From NCBI GenBank assembly GCA_044225365.1, contig JBGAIQ010000004.1:96001-160000 (forward strand): DNA of 64,000 nucleotides, given 5' to 3'. The stretch comes from Planctomycetota bacterium. Lineage in GTDB: Bacteria > Planctomycetota > B15-G4 > JADJEK01. Below the pieces are notes generated by a model. That model did not search any database. It was not told the DNA's origin and saw nothing but the letters and a program-made list of their open reading frames with translations. This document shows positions 39,812 through 57,024 of the stretch, one piece after another. Positions within the stretch are counted from its first letter, which is position 1, and the number at the start of each line of letters is the position of its first letter. The position numbers were made by a program, and so were the translations under genes.

Positions 39812-40620
39812 CGCGGCTCCGTCCTCGAACCCGAATCGTCGGGATCGCGACTCGTGAAGATCAGGCTCGAACAAGTGAGTCCGCCTTCGGCCTTCTCGAG
39901 TTCGCTGTTGTCGATCGTTCGCGTCGCGAACCCGAGCGACTCGAGCTTCGCTCGGGTTCGCGGCGATCGCGCGGAGACATGAACGATTCCATTCACTACG
40001 AGGGCATTCGCGGCGAAGGGCTCTTCGGAGTCGACCTCGACGAAACGGAATCGACGCAACGCGCTCGCATCGATCCAGGCTGGATGGATCAGCAGATTGT
40101 CATCGAGAAGCGCCGTCACCGCGGACTTGAGGTGCAGACAACCGGTGACATCGATCGCCGTCGCCCGGCAACCGAACTCTTGGACGATCGCCGCGAACTG
40201 CGCGAAACCCTCGGCGTTCGTGCGCGACGACCGCCCCACGAAGAAGTCGCGACCCACACGAAGGACATCGCCGCCGTCGATCGTCCCCGGTTCGACGATC
40301 TTCGCGAATCGGCGATGGCGCGCGATCGCTGCGGCGACGGTCGACACCTCCGCGCGGCGACTCGCAGCGCCCGGGCGAGTGAGAATGGCGATCTCGTCGA
40401 GCACGACCGCCGTGTCCTCGACGAAGACCGCGTCGGGAAGGTCGTCCTCCGGAGGAAGCACTTCGACCTCGACGCCCGCCGCCTCGAGCGCACCGCGATA
40501 GGCGGCATGCTGCTCGCGAGCGCGCGCAAGATCGATCGATTCCCGCTCGAGGAACGTGAGCTCGCAGTTCGCGAGTGCCGCCCCGATCTCGCGAGTGATC
40601 GCAACGATTCGCTCGGCCAT
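39808..40620 (-). CDS. N(G),N(G)-dimethylarginine dimethylaminohydrolase (amidinotransferase family)
   Basis: PDAVFVEDTA, DGGDVL, RTN, LHLKS, GGLTCSS. Confidence 0.9.
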   Translation of the reverse strand: MAERIVAITREIGAALANCELTFLERESIDLARAREQHAAYRGALEAAGVEVEVLPPEDDLPDAVFVEDTAVVLDEIAILTRPGAASRRAEVSTVAAAIARHRRFAKIVEPGTIDGGDVLRVGRDFFVGRSSRTNAEGFAQFAAIVQEFGCRATAIDVTGCLHLKSAVTALLDDNLLIHPAWIDASALRRFRFVEVDSEEPFAANALVVNGIVHVSARSPRTRAKLESLGFATRTIDNSELEKAEGGLTCSSLIFTSRDPDDSGSRTEPR

Positions 40621-40646
40621 CGTCGACGTCTCCCTTCACACGGACA

Positions 40647-42344
40647 TCAGGACAGCTCGCCTTCGGTCGTAGCTTCGAGCTTGGATGAACTCTCCCGGGT
40701 CCGGACTTGTTCGAGCGCGGCGAGGATCTTCAAGAGATCCTCCGGATCGACCGGTTTGACGCGATGATGATCGAATCCGGACTTTCGCGCCTCGCGAACA
40801 TCGGCGTCCTGTCCCCATCCCGTCACGGCGATCAGGATGATCCGCTTCCCCCATGGTTCGCGACGAATCGCTTTCGCGACGTCGTAGCCATTCAGCTTCG
40901 GCAGACCGATGTCGCACAGGATCACGTCCGGCCGATATTCCTCCGCGGTTCGAACCGCCTGCTCGCCGTCGACCGCAACGCGGACATCGTTGCCCATCAT
41001 CGTCAGAAGCATGGCGAGGCTGTCGACCGAATCCCGATTGTCGTCGACGACCATGACCCGAAGGTGGGAGGTCGCGTTCACGGCGCCTGGGCTCTCCCGC
41101 TTGCCCGTCGCCGACTTCTCGTCGACGATCGGTAGACTCACGATGAATTCGCTGCCCTTGCCGAGCCCTTCGCTCCGCGCCTGGATGCGCCCCCCGTGCA
41201 ATTCGACGAGGCGCCTCACCAGTGAGAGTCCGATGCCGAGACCGCCCGCGGAGCGGTACAGCGCGCCTTCGACTTGCGAGAACATCTCGAAGATCGTGGG
41301 CAGTTTGTCGGGCGGGATTCCGATCCCCGTGTCCTTGATCGAAACGACGAGTTCGCTGCCCTCCCTCTGAGCGGTGAGCTCGATGCGACCGCCGCGATCG
41401 GTGTATTTCACGGCGTTGTCCAGGAGGTTCAGGAACACTTGCGCGAGGCGCGTCAGATCCGCGTCGAGGATCACTGGGGTCGCGGGCAGGGTCACGATGA
41501 GCTCATGTCCGCCCTCGTCGATGTGCGGCCGGCTCGTCTCGATTGCTCCGGAGATCACTCGCGAGGCGTCCACCAGCTCGCGCTTGAGCTCGATCTTCCC
41601 GCGGCTGATCCGGCTCACATCCATCAGGTCGTCGATGAGGCGCGTGAGGTGATGCGTCTGACGATCGATGACGTCCTTGGCCCACTGGATCTCGGGAGTC
41701 GCCGATTCATGCGCTCGAAGGAGACGCACGGCGTTCCTCACGGGAGCGAGCGGATTGCGCAGCTCATGCGCCAGCGTCGCGAGGAATTCGTCCTTCCGGC
41801 GATCGACTTCGCGCAACGCGCGTGTGCGATCCTCGACTCGTTCCTCCAGCGACTCATTGAGTTCGCGGAGCCGCTCCTCGACGACTCGACGCTCGGCGAT
41901 CTCGATGCTCAGTTTGCGATTCGCCGCCTCGATCAGGCGGTTCTGTCGGAACAGCTCCGCGAAGACGACGACCTTCGAACGGAGGATGGGCGGACTCACT
42001 GGCTTATGCAGGTAATCGACGGCGCCGACGTCGTAGCCCTCGAGCACGTGTTGATCTTCGTTGTAGAAGGCGGTCAGGAAGATGATCGGGATTCGCGACG
42101 TCTTCGCGCGCTTCTTCACGATCTGCGCGAGCTCGAATCCCGTCATCGTCGGCATGTGGACGTCGAGGATCAGCAGCGCGAACTCCTCCACCATGAGAGC
42201 GAGGAGCGCCTTGTCGCCAGTGTCGGCGCGGACGATCCGATATCCGGGGTCATCGAGAATCGTCTCCAGCACCGTCAGATTCCTGGGCTCGTCGTCGACG
42301 ATCAGGATGTTGATCGGGTCTTCCGTGCTCGGATCCATGCTCAT
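40647..42344 (-). CDS. Hybrid sensor kinase (REC-HisKA-HATPase-REC)
   Basis: ILIVDD, LAHELRNPL, NLLDNAVKYT, GLGIGL, second receiver domain. Confidence 0.93.
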   Translation of the reverse strand: MSMDPSTEDPINILIVDDEPRNLTVLETILDDPGYRIVRADTGDKALLALMVEEFALLILDVHMPTMTGFELAQIVKKRAKTSRIPIIFLTAFYNEDQHVLEGYDVGAVDYLHKPVSPPILRSKVVVFAELFRQNRLIEAANRKLSIEIAERRVVEERLRELNESLEERVEDRTRALREVDRRKDEFLATLAHELRNPLAPVRNAVRLLRAHESATPEIQWAKDVIDRQTHHLTRLIDDLMDVSRISRGKIELKRELVDASRVISGAIETSRPHIDEGGHELIVTLPATPVILDADLTRLAQVFLNLLDNAVKYTDRGGRIELTAQREGSELVVSIKDTGIGIPPDKLPTIFEMFSQVEGALYRSAGGLGIGLSLVRRLVELHGGRIQARSEGLGKGSEFIVSLPIVDEKSATGKRESPGAVNATSHLRVMVVDDNRDSVDSLAMLLTMMGNDVRVAVDGEQAVRTAEEYRPDVILCDIGLPKLNGYDVAKAIRREPWGKRIILIAVTGWGQDADVREARKSGFDHHRVKPVDPEDLLKILAALEQVRTRESSSKLEATTEGELS

Positions 42345-42382
42345 GTAGTCCTACTTCCCTGGGCCTTGTTCTTCGCGGACGA

Positions 42383-49591
<7,209 letters not shown>

Positions 49592-49801
49592 GAGGACCAC
49601 ACGAGGATTGGACGAGAACGCAACCGACCGAGGAGGTTCGAGGGTGGGCCGCGATCCACGGTTCATGGAATGGGAGGGATCGCCACGGATTCCTCTACCG
49701 CCTCTTGCTGAACAAGATAGCGCGGTTCCGCGATCGTGAACGTCCCGCTCGTGGGAAACGAGCTTTCGGCCCATCGACTCCGGCGATGGGTTCCTCGCGC
49801 T

Positions 49802-50587
49802 TCAACCGCCGAAGAAGGCCGCGATTCGTTGGAACGACCCCTGCACCAGGACATCGAGCGTGTAGCCGAGGGTCAGCATCATCAGCGCGAGACCGATGAG
49901 TCCCTTGAACGTCATGCCGAGGAAGAAGACCTGGATCTGTGACGCGACACGATTCGTCACGCCGAGCATCATGTCGACGAGGAAGAGCGTCACGATCACC
50001 GGCATCGCGAGTTGGAGCGAGGCGATGAAGAGATCGGCGACGAGGCCGACGAGCGCGTGCATGCCTTCCGCGCCGAGGAATCGGGCGGGAAGCGCGGGAC
50101 CGACCGGTGCGCTCTCGAGGCTCGAGGCGAGCGCGGAGATCACCATGCGATGACCGCCGAGGGAGCAGAAGAGCGCGAGCGTGAGCGAGAGTTGGAAGAG
50201 CGCGAGCGGGGACTGTTGCGTGCGGGCGAACGGGTCGTAGACGAGGGCCTGCGACGAGCCGCGCACCATGTCGACGAGACTGCCGACACTCGAGACGAAG
50301 TCGAACAGGATCCGCACAAAGACCGCGAGGACGAGTCCGATGAGCGCTTCCTTCACGGCGTAGAGGCCGAACTCGGCGAGTGTGGGCGCCGTCGAATCCG
50401 GACGATACGCGAGGCCTGCGAGCACGAGAGCGAGGAGGAGCGCGAGAGCCGTCTTGAACCGCTTCGGCGCGCTCTCGCCGCCGAAGAGCGGCGTGAGCGA
50501 AACGAGGAACACGACGCGGATGAACACGAGGCCGAAGTAGGCCGCGTAGGACTTCAATCCGTCCGGAATCAGCGTCGCGAGCTCCAT
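49802..50587 (-). CDS. sctT: T3SS export apparatus SctT (FliR family)
   Basis: KEALIGL, GSLVDMVRG, LGGH, LAMPVIVTLFLVD..G..NR..QIQVFFL; follows sctR-sctS. Confidence 0.92.
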   Translation of the reverse strand: MELATLIPDGLKSYAAYFGLVFIRVVFLVSLTPLFGGESAPKRFKTALALLLALVLAGLAYRPDSTAPTLAEFGLYAVKEALIGLVLAVFVRILFDFVSSVGSLVDMVRGSSQALVYDPFARTQQSPLALFQLSLTLALFCSLGGHRMVISALASSLESAPVGPALPARFLGAEGMHALVGLVADLFIASLQLAMPVIVTLFLVDMMLGVTNRVASQIQVFFLGMTFKGLIGLALMMLTLGYTLDVLVQGSFQRIAAFFGG

Positions 50588-50609
50588 CGATCGGCCACGA
50601 GCCTTCTAC

Positions 50610-50879
50610 TCAGGCGTGAACGGAACCGATCATCGTGAGCATCTTGGCCGCGAATTGGATGAGGCCTTGGAGCATCCACATCCCCGCCGCGATGAGGACG
50701 CCGTAGGTGACGACGATCTTCGGGACCTGTGTGAGCGTCTGTTCCTGGATCTGCGTCGCGGCCTGGAACAGGCTGATCACGAGCCCGACCACCATCGAGG
50801 CCAGGACCGGCAACGCGGAAAGGACGATCGCGAGCTGAAGTGCATCGCGGCCGATTCGAATCGCGACTTCAGGATCCAT
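50610..50879 (-). CDS. sctS: T3SS export apparatus SctS (FliQ family)
   Basis: VGLVISLFQAATQIQEQTL..VPKIV. Confidence 0.95.
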   Translation of the reverse strand: MDPEVAIRIGRDALQLAIVLSALPVLASMVVGLVISLFQAATQIQEQTLTQVPKIVVTYGVLIAAGMWMLQGLIQFAAKMLTMIGSVHA

Positions 50880-50891
50880 GTCCGCTCTCCA

Positions 50892-51662
50892 TCACGACAC
50901 GTAGCCCTGGACGAGGCCCTCGAGGATGAGCCGCCAGCCGTCCACCAGGACGAAGAGCAGGAGCTTCAGCGGCAGCGTGATGACTTGCGGGTTCATCATC
51001 ATCATGCCGAGTGCGATCAGGATGTTGCTGACGACGAGTTCGATGACCAGGAACGGAACGAGCAGGAGGAATCCGATCTGGAACGCCTCCGTCAACTCGG
51101 AGAGCAGGAACGCCGGCGCGTGGATCGTGAGGAGATCGAGCCACTGCGTGATCGTCGTGCGCGCGGCGGGATCGGCCGTCGCCTGAATGACCGCATCGGT
51201 GCCGCCCAGGCGGGCGCGCAGATCGCGGAACAACTGACGATTCGCCTCGGTGGAGTGCTTGTCGAGGAATTCCTCGACGACCTCGCGTCCCGCCGTGAGA
51301 CCGACCTCGATGTTCTTGTCCTTGTTCTCGGGGACTTGGATCCGCTCGTTGTAGCGCTGGTACCCGATCGCGGCGACCGGCGCCATGATGTGGATCGTGA
51401 GGATGAGCGCGATGCCGGTGAGCACCGACGTCGGCGGCGTCTGCTGCGTGCCGAGCGCCTGGCGCAGGAGTCCTCCCACGATCACGAGTTTCGCGAACGA
51501 GGTGATCATCGAGAGCAGGAACGGGGCGAGCGCGAGCGAAACGAGGATGACGAGCATCAGCGTCATCTGATTGGGATCGAGCATCCCCTTCGCTGCATTG
51601 GGCGCGGCGTCGGTCGCGTTCTGCAACGCGGGCAGCGCGATCGCGAGAAGACAAGGGCTCAT
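50892..51662 (-). CDS. sctR: T3SS export apparatus SctR (FliP family)
   Basis: TSFAKLVIV..RQALGTQQTPP, PAFLLSELTEAFQIGF, LPLKLLLFVLVDGW. Confidence 0.95.
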   Translation of the reverse strand: MSPCLLAIALPALQNATDAAPNAAKGMLDPNQMTLMLVILVSLALAPFLLSMITSFAKLVIVGGLLRQALGTQQTPPTSVLTGIALILTIHIMAPVAAIGYQRYNERIQVPENKDKNIEVGLTAGREVVEEFLDKHSTEANRQLFRDLRARLGGTDAVIQATADPAARTTITQWLDLLTIHAPAFLLSELTEAFQIGFLLLVPFLVIELVVSNILIALGMMMMNPQVITLPLKLLLFVLVDGWRLILEGLVQGYVS

Positions 51663-52147
51663 GATTCACCTCCGATCGGAGGCTCGTGACGCGAACCCTC
51701 CGCCTTCGACTGGAGCAGACGTTCGACGAACGCAACCGACTGCGGTGACTTCTTCGACTGCACGGACGAGCCGTCGCTCGCGACGCGTGCGAGGTGTTCG
51801 AGCGTCGAAGGATCGAAGTCGCCTCCCGCCAGGACGTCGATGCGCTGGTCCGTGACCCCGAGGAGATAGAACTGGTCGACGACTTGAACGAGACAGAGTG
51901 AGCGCCGCGGCTCGAGCGGGCGCCGTTCGATGACCTTGATCAACCCGCGCGACGCGAGGGGAAACCGCTGCCCGAGGAACCGCGGCAGGAACCGCCCCGC
52001 GGCGAAGAGCAGAACCACCATGATCGCGAGCACCCACAGCATGCGCGTGAGGCTGTCCGCGTACGACGTGGCCTCGATCGCCTTCGTCGTCTTCTCCGGG
52101 ACGCCGTCCTGGATCGCGATGGATGCGAGGAGCAAGATCCCGTTCAT
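51659..52147 (-). CDS. FliO/MopB-like membrane protein
   Basis: One TM helix then IKVIERRPLEPRRSLCLVQVVDQFYLLGVTDQRI, the FliO cytoplasmic pattern; lies between the Q- and R-like genes. Confidence 0.8.
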   Translation of the reverse strand: MNGILLLASIAIQDGVPEKTTKAIEATSYADSLTRMLWVLAIMVVLLFAAGRFLPRFLGQRFPLASRGLIKVIERRPLEPRRSLCLVQVVDQFYLLGVTDQRIDVLAGGDFDPSTLEHLARVASDGSSVQSKKSPQSVAFVERLLQSKAEGSRHEPPIGGES

Positions 52148-53307
52148 GGCGCCTCCTCTCCGATCTGCTTCGAATAGATCGCCGTGAGTCGAACGCCGAC
52201 TTCGCCGCTCACGCTCACCAGTTCGCCGCGAGCGATCTCCGCGCCTTCGCAGCAAATCGAAACGCCCGCCGAGGTCGACTTGGCCAGATCGAGACGCGCC
52301 CCCGCGGTCCAGTTCTCGAGTTGATCGTGAGTAAGACGAGAAACGCCAAGGAGCGGCTGTAGCAGCGCCGATCCCGCAACCGCGCGAGGACTCGCCATCG
52401 GCGAGAAGACGATGGGTTCGAGCCGTCCGACGCGAACACCGACCGAGGTCGGAGTGTCGATCTCGATCGTCGCGTGCGAGAGTCGCCAATGGGTCGCGGT
52501 GACCAGCGAACAATTCGCACCGAACGAATCGAGCGTGGTCGCCCCGGTGAGGAGGACGTCCCCCAGGTCGGCGGCGGCCCATTCGAGCGGAGTGATGTCG
52601 AAAGCCGGAAGCGCGAGGAAGACCTCGACGCTCGTGCGGCCGCGTCCCGCGACCTCCGATCGCGGCGCGGGCGGCAGCACGCGCCGAACCGGTCGCAGGT
52701 AACCGTTCGGCAGCCAGAGATTCGCGCGTCCTTCGAGGTGGTCGACGATCACTCGCATCTCGAGCGGATGACCTCGAAGCGTGTCCCCCGAGGCGAGTTC
52801 CGCGCGCTTCAAGAACGACTGCAGGCCCGCCGCTCCGACGACACCGATCGATTCCCGGTGCAGTTCGGCGAGCGTTTGCAGCGTCGCGAATTCCAGCAGC
52901 GCGGTCTCGACGCGAGTCGGATCGCCGTAACCGCGAATGGGTGCGTAGAGGGGTACGAACACGCTCGCGATTCCCTCGGCCGCGCGCTGATCGAGAACGA
53001 CCGTCGCAACTGCGTCGCCGCCGAGCGCGATCCGGAATCCGAACTTGGCATCCGCGCTCGCGAGCCGTTCGCTCTTGCCAGTGAACAGGATCTGGACGCT
53101 GCGGCGATAACGGACTCCGAGGACGCTCTCGACCGGCAATCCCTCGGCGAGCGAGCGCTCGATGTCATTGACGATTCGGCGCAAGGCGAGCCAATCGCGC
53201 GCCGCCGCTTCTCCCCCTGCTACGGGCACGAGCGCATCGGCAGCGATCGCGGCGATGACGCCGGGATCGACTCGCTCCTTCTGCTCCTCGTGTTCGTTAC
53301 CGTGCAT
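52144..53307 (-). CDS. sctQ: T3SS C-ring / sorting platform SctQ (SPOA domains)
   Basis: C-terminal GARLDL..GAEIARGELVSVSGEVGVRL SPOA motif; expected position. Confidence 0.75.
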   Translation of the reverse strand: MHGNEHEEQKERVDPGVIAAIAADALVPVAGGEAAARDWLALRRIVNDIERSLAEGLPVESVLGVRYRRSVQILFTGKSERLASADAKFGFRIALGGDAVATVVLDQRAAEGIASVFVPLYAPIRGYGDPTRVETALLEFATLQTLAELHRESIGVVGAAGLQSFLKRAELASGDTLRGHPLEMRVIVDHLEGRANLWLPNGYLRPVRRVLPPAPRSEVAGRGRTSVEVFLALPAFDITPLEWAAADLGDVLLTGATTLDSFGANCSLVTATHWRLSHATIEIDTPTSVGVRVGRLEPIVFSPMASPRAVAGSALLQPLLGVSRLTHDQLENWTAGARLDLAKSTSAGVSICCEGAEIARGELVSVSGEVGVRLTAIYSKQIGEEAP

Positions 53308-53406
53308 CGGTCCGTTGCCTCGTTCTCGATGTCGTCGCAGCCGGCGAGCCCGGCGCGCAGCGCATCACGCTACCAGTCCAAACGGCGTTTTCTCGCACCT
53401 GCTCGC

Positions 53407-54309
53407 TCATGGCGTCACTTCCACCGTCGTGACATCGATTCCACGCTCGCGCATGCGCTCGACGAGTTCGTTCAGATCGGAAGGCGAAAGGGCCTTGCCG
53501 CCGCGGCCGTTGACGAGCTTGATCGCGATCTTCTTGTGCCCCAAGGACTGGATCGTGAGCAGCGCTCCACCGAGGACGTTTCCGGCGAGGCCGAGCGAGA
53601 ATTCGAGGAGTCCGCCGCGCTCGGAGAACTGGGCGAACTCGACGGCCTGTCGCACGACCGAGTTCGGGACGAGCGGAGCGCCGTCTTGCTTCTCTCGCTC
53701 CCCCTTCAACCCTGGCGATCCGGGTAGCCCCGTGGACGGATTCCCCGCGAAAGCATCTGCCTCGGCAACGCGCGACGGCGCGAGTTTCGCAGGATCCGAG
53801 GGCGGGTCGGCGTCGCTCTCGGAGATTCGTTCCCCGTCCTTCACGCGCGGAGTCCTGGATTCGCTCTTCTCGACGCTCTGTGCTTCGTTCGATGGACGCA
53901 CCGCCGCATTGTCCCCATGGAACGGCGTGCTGCGCCCCACCTGCGGCTTGGATTGCGACGTCGAGTTCCGGGGCAGTGCGCGGCTCGAGCTGCGAGGCGA
54001 ATCGTCGTCCGCCCTCGAACCGACATCGACGAGCGGCTCGCCATCGCGCCGCGACGCATCCCGGTCGCGATCGCCCTTCGTCATCGCACTCTCCACGGCT
54101 TCGGTGGTCTCGCGCGAGACTTCCATCGCCGCGTTCTGCTGAGCGCGCTGTTTCTCGTGCTCCTTCGTGACGCTGTCGCGCATGACACGGAGGAACGCAT
54201 CCGACTTCTTTGCGCGATCGTCGCGATCGCGGTCCTTGTCATCGTCGTTGTCCGCGGGCGGGATGGGCGCTGGCGGCACGCTCGGTCCGTTGACGTCGAT
54301 CGGCGCCAT
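53407..54309 (-). CDS. Probable length-control ruler SctP (FliK-like)
   Basis: Long low-complexity region plus compact C-terminal domain (..LVERMRERGIDVTTVEV); between sctO and sctQ. Confidence 0.6.
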   Translation of the reverse strand: MAPIDVNGPSVPPAPIPPADNDDDKDRDRDDRAKKSDAFLRVMRDSVTKEHEKQRAQQNAAMEVSRETTEAVESAMTKGDRDRDASRRDGEPLVDVGSRADDDSPRSSSRALPRNSTSQSKPQVGRSTPFHGDNAAVRPSNEAQSVEKSESRTPRVKDGERISESDADPPSDPAKLAPSRVAEADAFAGNPSTGLPGSPGLKGEREKQDGAPLVPNSVVRQAVEFAQFSERGGLLEFSLGLAGNVLGGALLTIQSLGHKKIAIKLVNGRGGKALSPSDLNELVERMRERGIDVTTVEVTP

Positions 54310-54311
54310 GA

Positions 54312-54794
54312 TCACGGATCCCGCTTCTGGTTGAATCGGATGATCTGGTCGTCGTCCCGTTCGTTGTCTTCCTTCTTCGCCTGCTTGGCGAGGAATTGCT
54401 TGAAGCGGATCTCGCGTTGGCGGCGATAGGAGTCGAGCTCGGCCTCGATCCGCACGAGTTCGGATTCGGCGATCTCGAGCTGGGCTTTGATCGTTCGGGC
54501 GACTCGCGCTTTCTGTTCGAGTCGAACGGCGTGACGCCGGACGTGTTCGCGCCGGACTTCGAGCCGCCGTCCCTCCCGTTCCATGTCGGCGGCCGGCAAC
54601 AGCACGAGTCGCGCGTAGCCGATCTTCAATCTCCGATCGATCCAAGCCGAGAAGCGTTTTCGCCGAGTCACGTTCCGTTCCGCGCGCTTCAACTTGCCGC
54701 GCAGCCTCTTGACGCGACGCTCCGCCTCCACCTTCTCCCGGTCTTTCAGGAGGAGGACGGCGTCGAGTTCGGAACGGAAGACGGGCTTGCTCAT
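54312..54794 (-). CDS. Probable stalk protein SctO (FliJ-like coiled coil)
   Basis: 160-aa charged coiled coil overlapping the ATPase stop; ends KKEDNERDD. Confidence 0.7.
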   Translation of the reverse strand: MSKPVFRSELDAVLLLKDREKVEAERRVKRLRGKLKRAERNVTRRKRFSAWIDRRLKIGYARLVLLPAADMEREGRRLEVRREHVRRHAVRLEQKARVARTIKAQLEIAESELVRIEAELDSYRRQREIRFKQFLAKQAKKEDNERDDDQIIRFNQKRDP

Positions 54795-56146
54795 GCGTCG
54801 TCGTACCAGTCACCGAATTCGGATCCGAGGGCTTCGACCGTTTGCGCGAGCGGAACGCGGATCGCCGTGTCCTGATGCAGGAAGCGCTCGACCTGCTTGT
54901 CCCGCGACGAGATCTCGGCCGAATCCATGCCATGGTCCTCGTAGAGGCCCATCTTGATCTTGTCGTAGTTCTTCACGAACTCGGACTTGAGCTGCAGCAC
55001 CTTCGACGCGAGCGCCCGATGCTCCTTCGTGGTGACGAGACTCATGAGGCGGCTCTTGCTGCGCAGCACGTCGATTGCGGGATAGCGACCGCTCGCAGCG
55101 ATCTCGCGCGAGAGTAGGAAGTGGCCATCGAGGAGTGAGATCGTCTCCTCGACGACGGGATCGGAGACGTCGTCGGAATCGGCGAGGACGGTGTAGAACG
55201 CGGTGATCGATCCCACTTCCGCATTGCCCGCGCGCTCGAAGAGCTGAGGAAGCCGCGCATACATCGAAGCCGGATATCCGCCCTTGCCCATCGGTTCGCC
55301 GACCGCCTGGCCGAGGTCACGCAAGGCACGCGCGAAACGGGTCACGGAGTCCATCATCAGGAGCACGCGTTCACCGCGGGCGCGCGCTTCCTCGGCGATC
55401 GCCGTCGCGGTGTACGCCGCGCGCACGCGCATCAACGCGGATTCATCGCTGGTCGACACGACGACGGTCGCGCGTGCTACGCCCTCGACGCCGAGATCGT
55501 GCTCGATGAACTGACGCACCTCGCGGCCACGTTCGCCGATGAGCGCGAGCACGATCGTGTCGGCCTTCACGTTGCGAACGAGGCAGGAGAGCAGGGTCGA
55601 CTTGCCGACGCCCGCCGCCGCGCAGAGGCCGACGCGTTGGCCGACCGCCACGGTGAGCAGGCCGTCGATCGCGCGAATGCCGGTCTCGAGCGGCTCGACG
55701 TTCGATTTCCGCTTCATCGGATCGGGGGGCTTGCTGAACATCACCGCCCGCTGATTTCCGACGAGCGGGCCCTTCGAATCGATCGGCTCGCCCATCGCGT
55801 TGATCACACGACCTCGCACCGAATCGCCACAGGGGACCGTGGGAAGCGCCTCGACGGGCTCGACGACCGCGCCCATCGCGACGGCGTCGACGCGGTCGTA
55901 GGGCATCAGGATCGCACCGCGATCGTCGAATCCGATCACCTCGGCGAGGAGGTCGGCGACGCCCGCGCGCCGAATGCGGCACACTTCGCCGAGACAGACG
56001 TCGGGCACCGACGCGATGACGATGAGTCCCTTCACGCTCGTGACGCGCCCCGACCGCGCCACGACCGTCTGCGCGCCGGAGCCGAGGAGCGCGTCGAGGT
56101 TCGGCGCCTTGAAGTCGATCTCGAAGTCGAATTCAGGTTCGGTCAC
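54791..56146 (-). CDS. sctN: T3SS ATPase SctN
   Basis: TGIRAIDGLL..GQRVG, AAAGVGKST, ALIGERGREV, MMDSVTRFARA, GSITAFYTVL, LLDGH, YPAIDV. Confidence 0.95.
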   Translation of the reverse strand: MTEPEFDFEIDFKAPNLDALLGSGAQTVVARSGRVTSVKGLIVIASVPDVCLGEVCRIRRAGVADLLAEVIGFDDRGAILMPYDRVDAVAMGAVVEPVEALPTVPCGDSVRGRVINAMGEPIDSKGPLVGNQRAVMFSKPPDPMKRKSNVEPLETGIRAIDGLLTVAVGQRVGLCAAAGVGKSTLLSCLVRNVKADTIVLALIGERGREVRQFIEHDLGVEGVARATVVVSTSDESALMRVRAAYTATAIAEEARARGERVLLMMDSVTRFARALRDLGQAVGEPMGKGGYPASMYARLPQLFERAGNAEVGSITAFYTVLADSDDVSDPVVEETISLLDGHFLLSREIAASGRYPAIDVLRSKSRLMSLVTTKEHRALASKVLQLKSEFVKNYDKIKMGLYEDHGMDSAEISSRDKQVERFLHQDTAIRVPLAQTVEALGSEFGDWYDDA

Positions 56147-56156
56147 GAGTCACCTC

Positions 56157-56374
56157 GTAGGGGCAGACGGCTGTCTGCCCGGCTTGGGGACGGACGCACA
56201 GCCGTGCGCCCCTACGGACGGGCGCATCGCCGACACCATCACCCCACGTGTTCCGATCGCCGGCCGCCCGGGGTTCGCGCGAAGGTCGATGCCCCCCGTA
56301 GGGGCAGACGCCTGTCTGCCCGTTCCTGGGATCGCGGAAGACGCGACGCCGGGCGCACAGCCGTGCGCCCCTAC
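56157..56374. repeat. Two inverted pairs of GTAG-family REP sequences (REPIN/BIME-like)
   Basis: 56157-56180 GTAGGGGCAGACGGCTGTCTGCCC; 56192-56215 GGACGCACAGCCGTGCGCCCCTAC; 56298-56321; 56351-56374 GGGCGCACAGCCGTGCGCCCCTAC. Confidence 0.9.
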
Positions 56375-56877
56375 CGGTCGGGGTCGGTCGACCAATTCAC
56401 TGGATTCGCGCGAATGTAGTCGCGCGCGGCATCGAGTTCGCGTTCGTCGCGCACGATCCGATCGAAGAATCCGCGCTGCCAGATCACCCCGCCCGGACTG
56501 TTCAGCATGGTGCGGGCTCGCGTCGTCACCGCCGCTTCGAACTGAGCGATCAAGGAGGACAGCGAACGTGACGGACGAGCGAGACGAGTGCGCTGTTCTT
56601 GTTCCGGACCGGACCCGTCGATCTGCACGATCGCATGAAAGTGGTTCGGCATGATCACGAACTCGTCGAGTCGGATCTCCGTGCGAATCGCCGCGCTTCG
56701 AACCCATTCCTCGCTGACGATCCTGCCGACCGGGATGAGGAGAACCTGATCGTCGGAGATGTTTCCGAAGATGCAGCGCTTGTCCTTCGTGCAGATCGTC
56801 ACGAAATACCAACCGTCCGACCCGTAGTCGTAGCCGGGAAGGCGAGAGGACTGCCGATCGGGACGCGGAGGTTCCAT
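56371..56877 (-). mobile_element. REP-associated tyrosine transposase (RAYT, Y1 HUH)
   Basis: RLPGYDY..YFVTICT, VIMPNHFH, WQRGF, DYIRANP; flanked by REPs. Confidence 0.92.
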
Positions 56878-56961
56878 GCTGAGAAGAATGCTCGCCAATG
56901 CGAAAGACATCCTGGATTGACGAGGAATGTCTACGAACGCAATCGTTCGAAACGCGACGAC

Positions 56962-56985
56962 GGGCGCACAACCGTGCGCCCCTAC
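56962..56985. repeat. Single GTAG-family REP upstream of the RAYT
   Basis: GGGCGCACAACCGTGCGCCCCTAC. Confidence 0.88.
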
Positions 56986-57024
56986 GTGCGATCTTTCGCC
57001 GGCGAATGGATGAAAGGACCCGCG

